From positions 416,001 through 480,000 of the forward strand of contig CAWCYI010000004.1 of the NCBI GenBank assembly GCA_963799845.1: a stretch of 64,000 nucleotides of DNA. Reading direction: 5' to 3'. The notes below the pieces were generated by a model. The model saw only the letters and a list, made by a program, of their open reading frames with translations, made no database searches and was not told the DNA's origin. A program made the position numbers and the translations under genes. Source of the DNA: an uncultured Nitrososphaerota archaeon. GTDB taxonomy: Archaea > Thermoproteota > Nitrososphaeria > Nitrososphaerales > CADDZS01. Position 1 is the stretch's first letter. The number at the start of each line of letters is the position of its first letter. This document shows positions 21,264-31,226 of the stretch, piece by piece.

Positions 21264-21776
21264 ATGAGCGAGAGAGTAAAGTACTTTCCGGGGAAGGAAA
21301 TTCGTCCCGAGGAGCTGGATAACGGCGAGCTCCTGATCACGCATTTCAATGCTGATCTAAAGTACTCATGGGCAAGCGGCGTCGCCGTTGGAAGATTCCT
21401 TTCCGAACTGAAAAATGGCCGCTTGATCGCGAGGAAGTGCAACAGATGCGACAGGATCCTCATACCTCCGAGGATGTTTTGCGAAGATTGTTTCAGAGAC
21501 ACGGACGAATGGGTCTATGTCAAGGATACGGGAACAATCAACACCTATTCAATTGCCCACGTCGGCACCGACGCGCACAGGTTGACGGAACCGCTCTTCG
21601 TCGCTGTTATCAACATCGATGGCGCAAGCGAATTGATGGGTTTCCTGCACCTTCTCGGAGAGATAGATGAGAAAGACATCAAGATAGGCATGAAAGTCCA
21701 GGCCGTTTGGAAGCCAGCAGAGGAAAGAGTAGGCTCTATACTAGATATCAAGTACTTCAGGCCCGTCAAAAACTGA
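21264..21776 (+). CDS. DUF35 Zn-ribbon/OB-fold acyl-CoA-binding protein
   Basis: CNRC...PPRMFCEDC and IGMKVQAVW. Confidence 0.9.
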   Translation: MSERVKYFPGKEIRPEELDNGELLITHFNADLKYSWASGVAVGRFLSELKNGRLIARKCNRCDRILIPPRMFCEDCFRDTDEWVYVKDTGTINTYSIAHVGTDAHRLTEPLFVAVINIDGASELMGFLHLLGEIDEKDIKIGMKVQAVWKPAEERVGSILDIKYFRPVKN

Positions 21777-22255
21777 TTTGGGTGGGATGGATAACGGAAA
21801 AAATCTCAAACAACAACGAGATAAGGACGTGGCGCGACCACATCCCGCTCGACTGGAAGTACACGGCAGGAGTTGCCGGAGAGCGCTTTTTGCAGCTCCT
21901 GAAACAGGGGAAAATTCAGGCAGCGATCTGCAGATCCTGTAACAAGAGTTTCCTTCCTCCAAAGATATTTTGCAAAGACTGCTTCATCCAATTGACAGAG
22001 TGGAAAGAAGTCGCCGGCGATTCGGGTTTCATCTATTCGTTCACCAAAGTTAGAACAACAGACAAGAAAGAAGGGGCAAACACTGCTCGGATAATCGTCC
22101 TCGTAAAGTTCGAAGGTATAGAAGGCGGATTGTTGGGCAGGTTCAAGACGGGTCGGGAGGAACCCAGAATCGGGATGAAGGTAAAACCTGTTTTCAAAAA
22201 GCGCGAAAATAGAAAGGGGGAACTATCGGACATCGAATATTTCGAAAAAATTTAG
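21707..22255 (+). CDS. DUF35 Zn-ribbon/OB-fold protein (true start probably about 21778-21787)
   Basis: CRSC...PPKIFCKDC and IGMKVKPVF; paralog of the upstream gene. Confidence 0.85.
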   Translation: MEASRGKSRLYTRYQVLQARQKLIWVGWITEKISNNNEIRTWRDHIPLDWKYTAGVAGERFLQLLKQGKIQAAICRSCNKSFLPPKIFCKDCFIQLTEWKEVAGDSGFIYSFTKVRTTDKKEGANTARIIVLVKFEGIEGGLLGRFKTGREEPRIGMKVKPVFKKRENRKGELSDIEYFEKI

Positions 22256-22392
22256 CCGGTTTTTGAAAGGCATCGGTTCCTCACAATGGGATAACATTTT
22301 GAATCAGGATTAGGCTTATCTAGGAAATGGTACTTTTTCACGCTGTTCTATGTCGTGAACTTTGAATATTTCGTCATTAGGAGCTGTGCGAT

Positions 22393-23588
22393 TTGAAACT
22401 TTCACCCGAAAACACTCCCGTCATAGTAAGTGCGGTTAGAACTCCAATTGGAAAATTTGGGAGGACGCTCAAAGATTTTACCGCGCCCAAATTGGGAGCT
22501 ATCGTTGTCAACGAGGCTTTGAAGAGGGCCCCGGGATTAAAGGAAACTGAAATCGATGAAGTGATCATGGGAAACGTGATCTCCGCCGGACTGGGCCAAA
22601 ACCCGGCTAGGCAGGCCTCGATTTTTGCTGGCCTTCCGGCATCCGTGGGTGCGACTACCGAAAACAAGGTTTGCGGCTCCGGTCTGAAAGCGATCATGTT
22701 TGCATCGCAGGCGATCAGAGCCGGAGATGCAAGCTGCCTCATCGCCGGCGGTATGGAGAACATGAGCCAGTCTCCCTACATCCAGAAAAATCTTCGCTGG
22801 GGCCTGAAATTCGGAGACTCAAAAACCCAGGACGCCATGCTGCTGGACGGGTTGTGGGATGTCTACAATGATTTTCACATGGGGATGACCGGAGAAATTA
22901 TTGCGGAACGACATCATGTTTCTCGCGAAGATGCAGACAAGTTCGCTCTGTCATCATACAGAAAGGCCTCTGATGCGATTGAGAAAGGGGCGTTCAAGGA
23001 TGAAATCGTTCCCATTGAAGTGAAATTGCCGAACGGGCTGGTCGGAATGTTTGAGAATGACGAGTGCGTCCGCTCTGACACGACGCTCGACGGATTAAAG
23101 TTGTTGAGGCCCGTTTTCAAACCGAACGGTGTGCTGACTGCCGGTAATTCCTCGCAACTGAGCGACGGAGCGGCAGCGGTTGTCGTGATGTCGGAAGCAA
23201 AAGCGATATCTCGTGGCATCGAAGTCATGGCGAGAATCGTGGAGTACGGACAGGCCGGCGTAAAACCAGAACTCGTGATGGAAGCTCCCATTCCTGCCTG
23301 CAGGGCCGTCATGAAAAAGCTGATCTTTCAATCCGTGACATGGATCTGATCGAACACAACGAAGCCTATGCTACCGCCAGCATAGTGGTGGCGAAAGAAC
23401 TGGGAGTCCCGGAAAACAAGTTCAATGTGAATGGAGGGGCAATCGCGCTCGGCCATCCCATTGGATGTTCAGGGGCGCGTCTCGTCGTTACCATAATCAA
23501 TGCCCTAAAGAGTAGAAAGTTACATCGCGGGCTGGTTACCCTCTGTCTAGGAGGCGGAGAGGCCGTGTCGATGATACTTGAAGTATAG
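22393..23588 (+). CDS. acetyl-CoA C-acetyltransferase (canonical thiolase), frameshift near 23318
   Basis: NKVCGSG, NEAY, GHPIGCSG and CLGGG; one missing A in ATGAAAAAGCT restores the frame. Confidence 0.92.
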
Positions 23589-23627
23589 CGACTTATTTTT
23601 TCTAGATGAATCGAACTAAATCAGAGG

Positions 23628-24743
23628 ATGAGATATTTTTTGCTTGCAGAGTTGACCCAGGAACAGGAGCTACTGCAGGGGACCATCAGAGAATTCGCGG
23701 CAGGTGAAATATCTTCGCTTGCTTCTAAGATTGATTCGGAAGCAAGAATCCCCGGCAAACTATTCCAAAAGCTTCCCGCCCTGGGGTTGTACGGCATTAC
23801 GGTTCCATCGGAGTTTGGCGGAGCTGGCGCAGATTTCTTGAGTTTGCTCTTGGCGGTCGAGGAACTGTCCAAGGTCTCAGGATCGGTTGGGGCGCGCATT
23901 TCCTTTCATAATGCCGTGTGTGAGGCTCTCGTCTCTTCTACGAATGAGCAGCTGAAATCCACTCTCCTGCCAAAGCTAGCAGCAGGCTCGCTTGCCGCTT
24001 TTTCAGTGGATCCGAAATCGACTATCACATTCAAGAAGGAAAATAGGAGCATGACCATCGAGGGATCATCGGAATTTGTGATGAATGCCGACTCCGCGGA
24101 AATTTTTCTGGTTCTCGCGAAGGCTAGAGATGGGTCAAAGACTTTCATCTGTTTTCAACGCCCAGATTCCCAAGATAAATTTGAAGTTGGTGAGCCGAAG
24201 AAATTAATGGGAATGCGGGGAACAGGAACGTGCAAAATCTCCTTTCACGGTTTGAAGCTTTCAGACCAATCTGAAGTCTTTGAGAAGAACGCGACTTTCT
24301 CAGCGCTGGAATTGTTTCTAGTCAGCACAAGACTACTTGTCGCAGCTCAGGCGCTGGGAATTGCGCAGGCTTCTCTTGACGAAGAGGTCAGATACGCCAA
24401 CGAACGTTCGCAGTTCAACACGAAGATCGGGAGATTTTTTGCCGTTCAGGACTTTATTGCGCAGGACGAGGTCAGCATCCAGACATCGCGATCAGTGACA
24501 TATGGTACGGCTCCGCGATCCTCTTCGGCTGAAAAGGTACGGGACAGCTGCATCGCAAAAATCTCAGCCTCAAATGCTGCCGTGCAATCAGCGAGACATT
24601 CCATCAGAATCCACGGAGGCTACGGATTCGTGAGGGATTATCCGGTCGAGAGATATCTCCGCGACGCGCGAGCAACGCAGCTTTACATTGAACCAAACGA
24701 GGTTCTGAAGGCTAAAATTGCAGAATCCCTACTTCTGAGATGA
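23628..24743 (+). CDS. acyl-CoA dehydrogenase-like protein with degenerate active-site motifs
   Basis: ACAD fold (GITVPSEFGGAG, IHGGYGFVRDYPVERYLRDAR), but FSVDP replaces FALTEP..GSD and LYIEPNE replaces IYEGT. Confidence 0.82.
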   Translation: MRYFLLAELTQEQELLQGTIREFAAGEISSLASKIDSEARIPGKLFQKLPALGLYGITVPSEFGGAGADFLSLLLAVEELSKVSGSVGARISFHNAVCEALVSSTNEQLKSTLLPKLAAGSLAAFSVDPKSTITFKKENRSMTIEGSSEFVMNADSAEIFLVLAKARDGSKTFICFQRPDSQDKFEVGEPKKLMGMRGTGTCKISFHGLKLSDQSEVFEKNATFSALELFLVSTRLLVAAQALGIAQASLDEEVRYANERSQFNTKIGRFFAVQDFIAQDEVSIQTSRSVTYGTAPRSSSAEKVRDSCIAKISASNAAVQSARHSIRIHGGYGFVRDYPVERYLRDARATQLYIEPNEVLKAKIAESLLLR

Positions 24744-26435
24744 CCCGGGAGCGCTTTCATCCCTCAACTCTCGCCTCAGGACCTTCCCAACGAGAGTCTT
24801 TGGCAATTCGTCTCTGAATTCGATAATCCTAGGAACTTTGTATGGAGCCATCTGCGTTTTACAAAACTCCCGAATAGCTTCCACGCCCGGGTTCTTGTTC
24901 TTGTCTTTCAAGACAACGAAGGCCTTCACGTTTTCACCGCGGTACTCATCTCTTACTCCCACAACCGCGGCCTCTTTGATGTCAGGATGCGTAAACAATA
25001 CTTCCTCTACCTCTCTGGGCCAAACTTTGAATCCGGAGGCGTCTATCATGTCTTTCTTGCGATCAACGATGAAAAAATAACCATCCTCGTCCATCCTTGC
25101 TATATCGCCGGTTAGGAGCCATCCATTCCTCATTACCTTGGCTGTTTCCTCTGGTTGATGCCAGTAGCCCTTCATCACCTGAGGGCCTTTGACTGCAAGC
25201 TCTCCCGTCTCGCCGAGTGGGAGATCGGTCATGCCAGTTTCCATGTCAACTATCTTTGCATCGGTCTCCGGGAGCGGGGTTCCTATGGAGCCAGATTTTA
25301 CGGGCGCACCTTCTCCAATGGGATTGCAATGGGTAACTGGACTTGCTTCAGTCAAGCCATATCCTTCGACCAAGTTGCCCCCGGTCAACTCGTTGAATTT
25401 TCTCTGAACCTCCACTGGTAGAGGGGCGGCGCCAGATACGCACTTTTTGATCGATTCGACCGAGTATCGGGAAAGTTCGGGATAATTGATGATGGCAACG
25501 TACATAGTCGATACTCCGGGAAAGGATGTGATCTTGTGCTTCGAGATTGCTTCCAGTACCTCCTTGACGTGAAATGAGGGAAGCAGAACAATTTCCATCC
25601 CCGAGTACATTGGAGAGATCATGCCAACCGTGAGACCGTAGATATGGAAAAATGGAGTGACCCCGAGCAGGCGACCAGAGTTGTCTCCATGTTGCCAGTT
25701 CGCCAAGACTATGGCATTGGAAACAAGGTTGAAGTGAGTGAGCATCGCACCTTTTGAGGTTCCTGTAGTTCCTCCAGTGTACTGAATTACTGCGACATCC
25801 TCCCTCGGATTCATTGACATTGGAGGCGGTTCATTTTTTGGCTTGCTCGCTACGAACGCTGCCAGATTAATTGTATCGGGTTTCTTCAGTGTCTGAATTT
25901 TCTTCACGGTTCCTGCAAGTTGCTTTTTGATAGGCGGCAGATAGTCCGTTAGAGACGTCACAAACACATGTTTTACATTCGAAAGCCTCGGTCTCGCTTT
26001 CTCAAAACTGGAGTAGAAATCATTCTTGTTGTAGACATTGTTTAGAATCACAACTGCTTCCGACTCCGAATCCTTCAACTGAAACTCTATTTCTCGCTCC
26101 CGATAAAGCGGATTGCAGGGTACGACAGTCAGTCCGGCTTTAAGAGCGCCCCAGAAGCAGAAAACGAATTGAGGAATGTTGGGAAGGATGATTGCGATTT
26201 TCGATCCCTTCTTCAAGCCAAGTGAAATCAGCCCATTTGCAAATTGGTTGGAGAGTTCATTCAACCTCTTGTAAGTTGCCTTGTACCCCTGGTATTCAAT
26301 CGCCGAAGAATTAGGATACTTCTCTGCCGCATTGACCAGTATCGATTGAAGGGATTCTTGAGGAAAATCTATGGAGTGCGCTACTCCCTCAGGGTAGAAT
26401 CTAAGCCAGGGCTTCGGTAAAACCGAGCTTTGCAT
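24729..26435 (-). CDS. fadD: long-chain fatty-acid--CoA ligase
   Basis: YTGGTTGTSKG, EGYGLTE, WLLTGD, DRKKD and LPKTLVGK. Confidence 0.93.
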   Translation of the reverse strand: MQSSVLPKPWLRFYPEGVAHSIDFPQESLQSILVNAAEKYPNSSAIEYQGYKATYKRLNELSNQFANGLISLGLKKGSKIAIILPNIPQFVFCFWGALKAGLTVVPCNPLYREREIEFQLKDSESEAVVILNNVYNKNDFYSSFEKARPRLSNVKHVFVTSLTDYLPPIKKQLAGTVKKIQTLKKPDTINLAAFVASKPKNEPPPMSMNPREDVAVIQYTGGTTGTSKGAMLTHFNLVSNAIVLANWQHGDNSGRLLGVTPFFHIYGLTVGMISPMYSGMEIVLLPSFHVKEVLEAISKHKITSFPGVSTMYVAIINYPELSRYSVESIKKCVSGAAPLPVEVQRKFNELTGGNLVEGYGLTEASPVTHCNPIGEGAPVKSGSIGTPLPETDAKIVDMETGMTDLPLGETGELAVKGPQVMKGYWHQPEETAKVMRNGWLLTGDIARMDEDGYFFIVDRKKDMIDASGFKVWPREVEEVLFTHPDIKEAAVVGVRDEYRGENVKAFVVLKDKNKNPGVEAIREFCKTQMAPYKVPRIIEFRDELPKTLVGKVLRRELRDESAPGSSQK

Positions 26436-26639
26436 TTATTCTAAAGAAAAATAGGTCGTTCGTGTTATTTTAACGTTCATGGCCGGAAACACGGTAAATC
26501 CCTCATTCTCTGAAAGCAAAGGGGTCGTTCATACGAATTGTTTAGGCGGTATTCACTTCCGTCGGACGTGTAGCGGAGGCGAGAATACTTTCAATCAATT
26601 CTTATTAGTTTGAAACGACTATTTATCGTGGAATAACAA

Positions 26640-27804
26640 ATGAGAAATGTCTACATACTTAGCGCTGATATGACGAAATTCGGAAAATCGCCCCTTTCCG
26701 CGAGAGAACTAGCGCTTGAAGCCTCAAAGAAGGCGATCTTGGATGCTGGAATTTCACCATCTGACATTCAGGCGGCGTTTGTTGCCAATGCTTTTTCACT
26801 CGCCGAAAAACAGGGTCACTTGGGCCCAATCATAATGTCCGGTTTAGGCGTACCGGATGTCCCGGCATCGACCATTGAATCTGCCTGCGCAAGCGGAGCT
26901 TCGGCGATCAGAGAGGCTTGGATAAACATCGGAGCTGGCATCTATGATTGCATGCTGGTCGTTGGTGTGGAAAAAATTAGCCAGCTGGATACAATAACCG
27001 CTACGACCTACTTTTCCTTCGGTTCCGACTTTGTTTTCGAGGGAGCCTGCGGCGCCTCATTTCCAGGATTGTATGGTGCAATAGCTGAGGTCGCACATGG
27101 CGAGGTATGGAACTACTGAAGAGCAGCTCGCCAACGTTGCCGTTAAGAACCACGAAAACGCGCTATCAAACCCGAACGCGCACCTCCACAAGAAGATAAC
27201 CGTTGACGACGTGATGAAATCTCCCGTTGTCGCAAGCCCGCTGAAACTCTTTGACGCGTGCCCGTTCTCCGACGGGGCCGCAGCTGCGATCCTGTGCAGC
27301 GATGATTTCCTGAAAATGAAAAATAGGAATACCTCAGAGCAAGTGCTCATCAGAGGCTCGGGCCGTGCTGGAGGGACAGGTGCTCTTTTTCAGAGGGATG
27401 ATCTTACGACCCTGAACGCGGCGGTGCTGGCGGGGCGCGAGGCGTTCAAGATGGCCGGGATGTCGCAGAAAGACATTGATTTCGCTGAAGTGCACGATTG
27501 CTTCACGGTTGCCGAGCTTATCGCCGAGGAGGATCTTGGTTTCGCCAAGAGGGGTGAAGCCGCAAAGCTCACCCAGCAAGGTTATACAAAGATCGGTGGG
27601 GAATTGCCGGTAAATCCGTCGGGTGGTTTGAAAGCAAAGGGCCATCCGGTCGGCGCAACTGGAGTGGGGCAGGTCGTCGAAGTCTACGAGCAGCTTCATG
27701 GAAAAGCCGGTTCGCGACAAGTAAATGGTGCGAGAATCGGACTCACACACAACGTTGGTGCAACCGGTGGAAGCTGCGGGGTGCATATCTTCGAACTCAC
27801 TTAG
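26640..27804 (+). CDS. SCP2-type thiolase with intact catalytic motifs, frameshift near 27090
   Basis: ESACASG, EVHDCF, KGHPVGATG and HNVG. Confidence 0.9.
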
Positions 27805-27825
27805 GAGGCATGGGTGTAGATTTTC

Positions 27826-28224
27826 GTGAGCGCGCAGACTCAAAAGGAATTTTCTTCTGAAATGACGATAAAGGATTTCCAGGAAGGTATCCACAACGGC
27901 AAGATTGAGGGTTACCAATGTTCAAACTGCGGTGAGAAGCGGATTGACATCATGGAGTTTTGTCCGGTGTGCCACAGTTCGAAGCTGCAAAAGGTCGAAT
28001 TTTCCAACACCGGGTCAGTATTAACTTACACCATCCAGTTCGTTGCTCCCGAGCAGTACATGAACGAAGTTCCCTACGCCTGGACGATCATCCAGCTTGA
28101 TGACGGTCCCAAAGTGACCGGCTGGATTCCCTTCATATCCAAGCCCTCCGATCTTCCATTAGGTCAGAGAGTAGTCTTCAAGAAATCCTACCTCCCCGGA
28201 ATGGTTTTCGAAAAGTCGAACTAG
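27826..28224 (+). CDS. DUF35 Zn-ribbon/OB-fold protein
   Basis: CSNC...FCPVC, VPYAW and LDDGPKV; follows the thiolase. Confidence 0.88.
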   Translation: MSAQTQKEFSSEMTIKDFQEGIHNGKIEGYQCSNCGEKRIDIMEFCPVCHSSKLQKVEFSNTGSVLTYTIQFVAPEQYMNEVPYAWTIIQLDDGPKVTGWIPFISKPSDLPLGQRVVFKKSYLPGMVFEKSN

Positions 28225-28263
28225 ATCCTCGCAAAAACGCCTTATTACGGCGACCTTCCCGAA

Positions 28264-29244
28264 GTGGCGTCGAGAAACATGCTCTACGTTAGAAAGGTGG
28301 GCGTCGTTGGATCAGGTGCGATGGGCAGCCAGATTGCAGAAATCATGGCACTGAACGGCTACGAAGTGTATCTGAAAGATGTTTCAAAGGAATTCCTGGA
28401 TAGGGGTATGTCAAACATCAGGAAGAACCTTGATGAGCTCGTCGCGTTTCACAAATCCAAAGCCGATAAGGAGATCGCCCGGATTCTAGACCAAGACGGA
28501 GTTGCCCTGTCCGAGGAGCAGGCTTCCGTTGTCAGGGCAAAGCTGAAACCGACCTATGATGAAAAACGGGCTTCAGAAATCTATTCGAGAGTTCACCCCT
28601 CTGAAAGCTATGATCCGTTCCGCGATGTTGATCTTGTAATTGAAGCGATTATCGAAGAGATCGAGGAAAAGAAGAAACTCTTCCGCGAGCTTGATCAGGT
28701 AGCAAAAAACGCGGTACTTGCGACGAACACCTCAACTCTTTCTATAACCGAGATCGCAGGCGTCTCAAAAAGGAGGGACAAGATAGTCGGGACCCATTTT
28801 TTCAATCCTCCAATCACTCTTCCGCTCATCGAGGTGATTCCGGGCCTCGAGACCAGTGAGGACACAGTTTCTGACATGATTGATTTTCTTTCCTCACTAC
28901 GAAACTTTCGCTATCCGATGCAGCCAATCAGGGTCAAAGAAGTTCCGGGCTTTCTAGTGAACAGAGTTCTCGGGGCCATGTGGAACGAGGCGTTTGCGCT
29001 TTACGAAGAGGGAGTGGCCTCGATGCGTGACATTGACCTGGCGATGAAAACTGGAGCGGGGATGCCGATGGGTCCATTCGAACTCGCAGATCTTGTCGGC
29101 ATAGACGTGATGTATCACGTGGAGGAGTCAATTAAGCGAATGGAGGGGAGCTTTATTTCTCCCAGACCAACTCAGATCGTTAAAAAGATGTACTACTCGG
29201 GTCGGCTGGGCAAGAAGACGGGAAGAGGATTCTACAATTACTGA
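28264..29244 (+). CDS. 3-hydroxyacyl-CoA dehydrogenase with internal insertion
   Basis: GSGAMG, IEAIIE, TNTSTL, HFFNP, PGFLVNR and PMGPFEL. Confidence 0.9.
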   Translation: MASRNMLYVRKVGVVGSGAMGSQIAEIMALNGYEVYLKDVSKEFLDRGMSNIRKNLDELVAFHKSKADKEIARILDQDGVALSEEQASVVRAKLKPTYDEKRASEIYSRVHPSESYDPFRDVDLVIEAIIEEIEEKKKLFRELDQVAKNAVLATNTSTLSITEIAGVSKRRDKIVGTHFFNPPITLPLIEVIPGLETSEDTVSDMIDFLSSLRNFRYPMQPIRVKEVPGFLVNRVLGAMWNEAFALYEEGVASMRDIDLAMKTGAGMPMGPFELADLVGIDVMYHVEESIKRMEGSFISPRPTQIVKKMYYSGRLGKKTGRGFYNY

Positions 29245-29320
29245 AGCGATCGCGATATACATCTGACTGGAGGTACATCCACTCATCCTGGCTTAATCTC
29301 GCACCGATACCATAGGATTC

Positions 29321-30331
29321 ATGAAGCGATACCGTTTAAATTCCAGCGTGACGAAAATACACTCTATGCACAAGAGAGTCATCATTATTGGCTCTGGCCC
29401 GGCGGGCTACACCGCTGCTATATACACGGCAAGAGCCAATCTAAGTCCGCTAGTTTTGGCGGGAACCCAATCCGGGGGACAGCTCATGATTACAACCGAC
29501 GTTGAAAATTATCCCGGCTTTCCGGAGGGAATTCAGGGCCCCGAGCTCATGGAAAGATTTCGAAAGCAGGCCGAAAAGTTCGGTGCCCACATTCAGGATG
29601 TCGATGTCACCGCAGTAGATTTTAGGCAATCGCCTTTCGTCGTACGAGCTGGCGAACACATGCATACGGCGGACGCTCTGATCATCGCTACTGGCGCAAA
29701 TGCAAAGTGGATCGGCCTTGAAAACGAGTTGAAACTTCGCGGGAGCGGCGTGTCGGCTTGCGCGACATGCGACGCATTCTTCTTCAAGGGAAAGGACGTG
29801 TTCGTTGTCGGCGGGGGAGACACTGCGATGGAGGAAGCTAACTTTCTTTCAAAGTTCGCAAAAACTGTTACAGTGGTTCACAGAAGAGAAACGCTGAGGG
29901 CATCAAAGATAATGCAGAAAAGGGTGATGTCAAACCCGAAGATATCTTTCATCTGGAACTCGGAAGTCACGAACGTACTGGGAGACAAGCGTGTAACGGG
30001 TCTCGAACTACGCAACGTCAACGATGGCTCGACCAGAAAGGTTCCAGCAGATGGATTGTTCATCGCGATCGGGCATGAACCGAGTACAATTCTATTCAGA
30101 GGTCAGCTTGACACTGACCCGCGTGGCTACGTTATAGTAAATGACCACACCAAGACAAACATCGAAGGAGTGTTTGCCGCCGGAGACGTGAAGGATGCCA
30201 GATATCGCCAAGCAGTCACTGCAGCCGGATCTGGCTGTGAAGCTGCACTTGATCTGGAGCGATATCTCGAAGAACACTTCCACGAACATCTGTTGCCAGA
30301 AGAGCTTGAAAATCCCGCAGTAACTTCTTAA
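29321..30331 (+). CDS. trxB: thioredoxin-disulfide reductase (start probably 29366)
   Basis: GSGPAG, CATCD, GGGDTAMEE and FAAGDV...RQAVTA. Confidence 0.95.
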   Translation: MKRYRLNSSVTKIHSMHKRVIIIGSGPAGYTAAIYTARANLSPLVLAGTQSGGQLMITTDVENYPGFPEGIQGPELMERFRKQAEKFGAHIQDVDVTAVDFRQSPFVVRAGEHMHTADALIIATGANAKWIGLENELKLRGSGVSACATCDAFFFKGKDVFVVGGGDTAMEEANFLSKFAKTVTVVHRRETLRASKIMQKRVMSNPKISFIWNSEVTNVLGDKRVTGLELRNVNDGSTRKVPADGLFIAIGHEPSTILFRGQLDTDPRGYVIVNDHTKTNIEGVFAAGDVKDARYRQAVTAAGSGCEAALDLERYLEEHFHEHLLPEELENPAVTS

Positions 30332-30413
30332 GCTCACAAAATTAAGGCAAGTCTTAATACGGAAAATCAAGTGTAGAATGATCCGCTAACTTTCATGTGA
30401 GAATTGATTCTCT

Positions 30414-31208
30414 TTGCCTGATTCAGATTTTCAATTTCTTAAAACAAAGAAGGATGAAGCCGCCTTGATCATTACGCTGGACAATCCGCCCGTTAACGCT
30501 CTGAATTTGAAAATGCTTGAGGAAATCTCCCGAGCAGTAAAAAATGGGAACGAGGATCCTGAAGTTCGTGGACTGATAATTACTGGTGGCGGTACGAATG
30601 CCTTTTGCGCTGGCGCCGATCTGAAGATGATGGCTGGATTCAGCCCAGAGGGAGCGGCAAAAATGGTTCAGACAGGTCACAGAGCTTTTCTTGCAGTTGA
30701 AGAATCTCCAAAGCCGGTAATTGCAGCTGTCAATGGTCTCGCGCTCGGCGGGGGAAATGAACTCGCAATGTCATGCGACATTAGATTTGTTTCGGATCGT
30801 GCCAGGTTCGGCCAGCCCGAAGTGGGTTTGGGGCTGATACCCGCGTGGGGAGGTACCCAGAGGATGAGCAGGCTGATCGGCGTGGGAAAGGCAAAGGAGC
30901 TGATTTTCTCGGGACAAATAATTAACGCCCAGGAAGCTTTCAGGATTGGCCTCGTTAACAAAATAGTGCCGGACGGCGAAGAGCTGAGAGCGGCGACTGA
31001 TTATGTCCGAATGTTGGCAGCGAAAGTTTCGCCTCTCGCAGTTTCTCAGGCGAAGATCGCGATAAACGAAGGGATTCAGGTCGCTTCTCTGAAGGATGCC
31101 CTGGAGTACGAAGTAAAGGCGATTCGAGTTTTGGCCGCGAGTGATGATTTGAGGGAGGGCGTTCAGGCATTCCTGGAGAAGAGACCGCCTAAATTCTCCG
31201 GCAAGTAA
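30414..31208 (+). CDS. enoyl-CoA hydratase/crotonase
   Basis: FCAGADL, ALGGGNELA and QPEVGLGLIP.WGGTQR (both catalytic Glu present). Confidence 0.93.
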   Translation: MPDSDFQFLKTKKDEAALIITLDNPPVNALNLKMLEEISRAVKNGNEDPEVRGLIITGGGTNAFCAGADLKMMAGFSPEGAAKMVQTGHRAFLAVEESPKPVIAAVNGLALGGGNELAMSCDIRFVSDRARFGQPEVGLGLIPAWGGTQRMSRLIGVGKAKELIFSGQIINAQEAFRIGLVNKIVPDGEELRAATDYVRMLAAKVSPLAVSQAKIAINEGIQVASLKDALEYEVKAIRVLAASDDLREGVQAFLEKRPPKFSGK

Positions 31209-31226
31209 TTCTGTTGGGCGATTTCT

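Noticed and set aside
20870-21502. Long antisense ORFs (also 12011-12541, 27334-27918, 31978-32454, 14931-15383)
   Set aside because: They are shadows of well-supported genes on the opposite strand and carry no motifs
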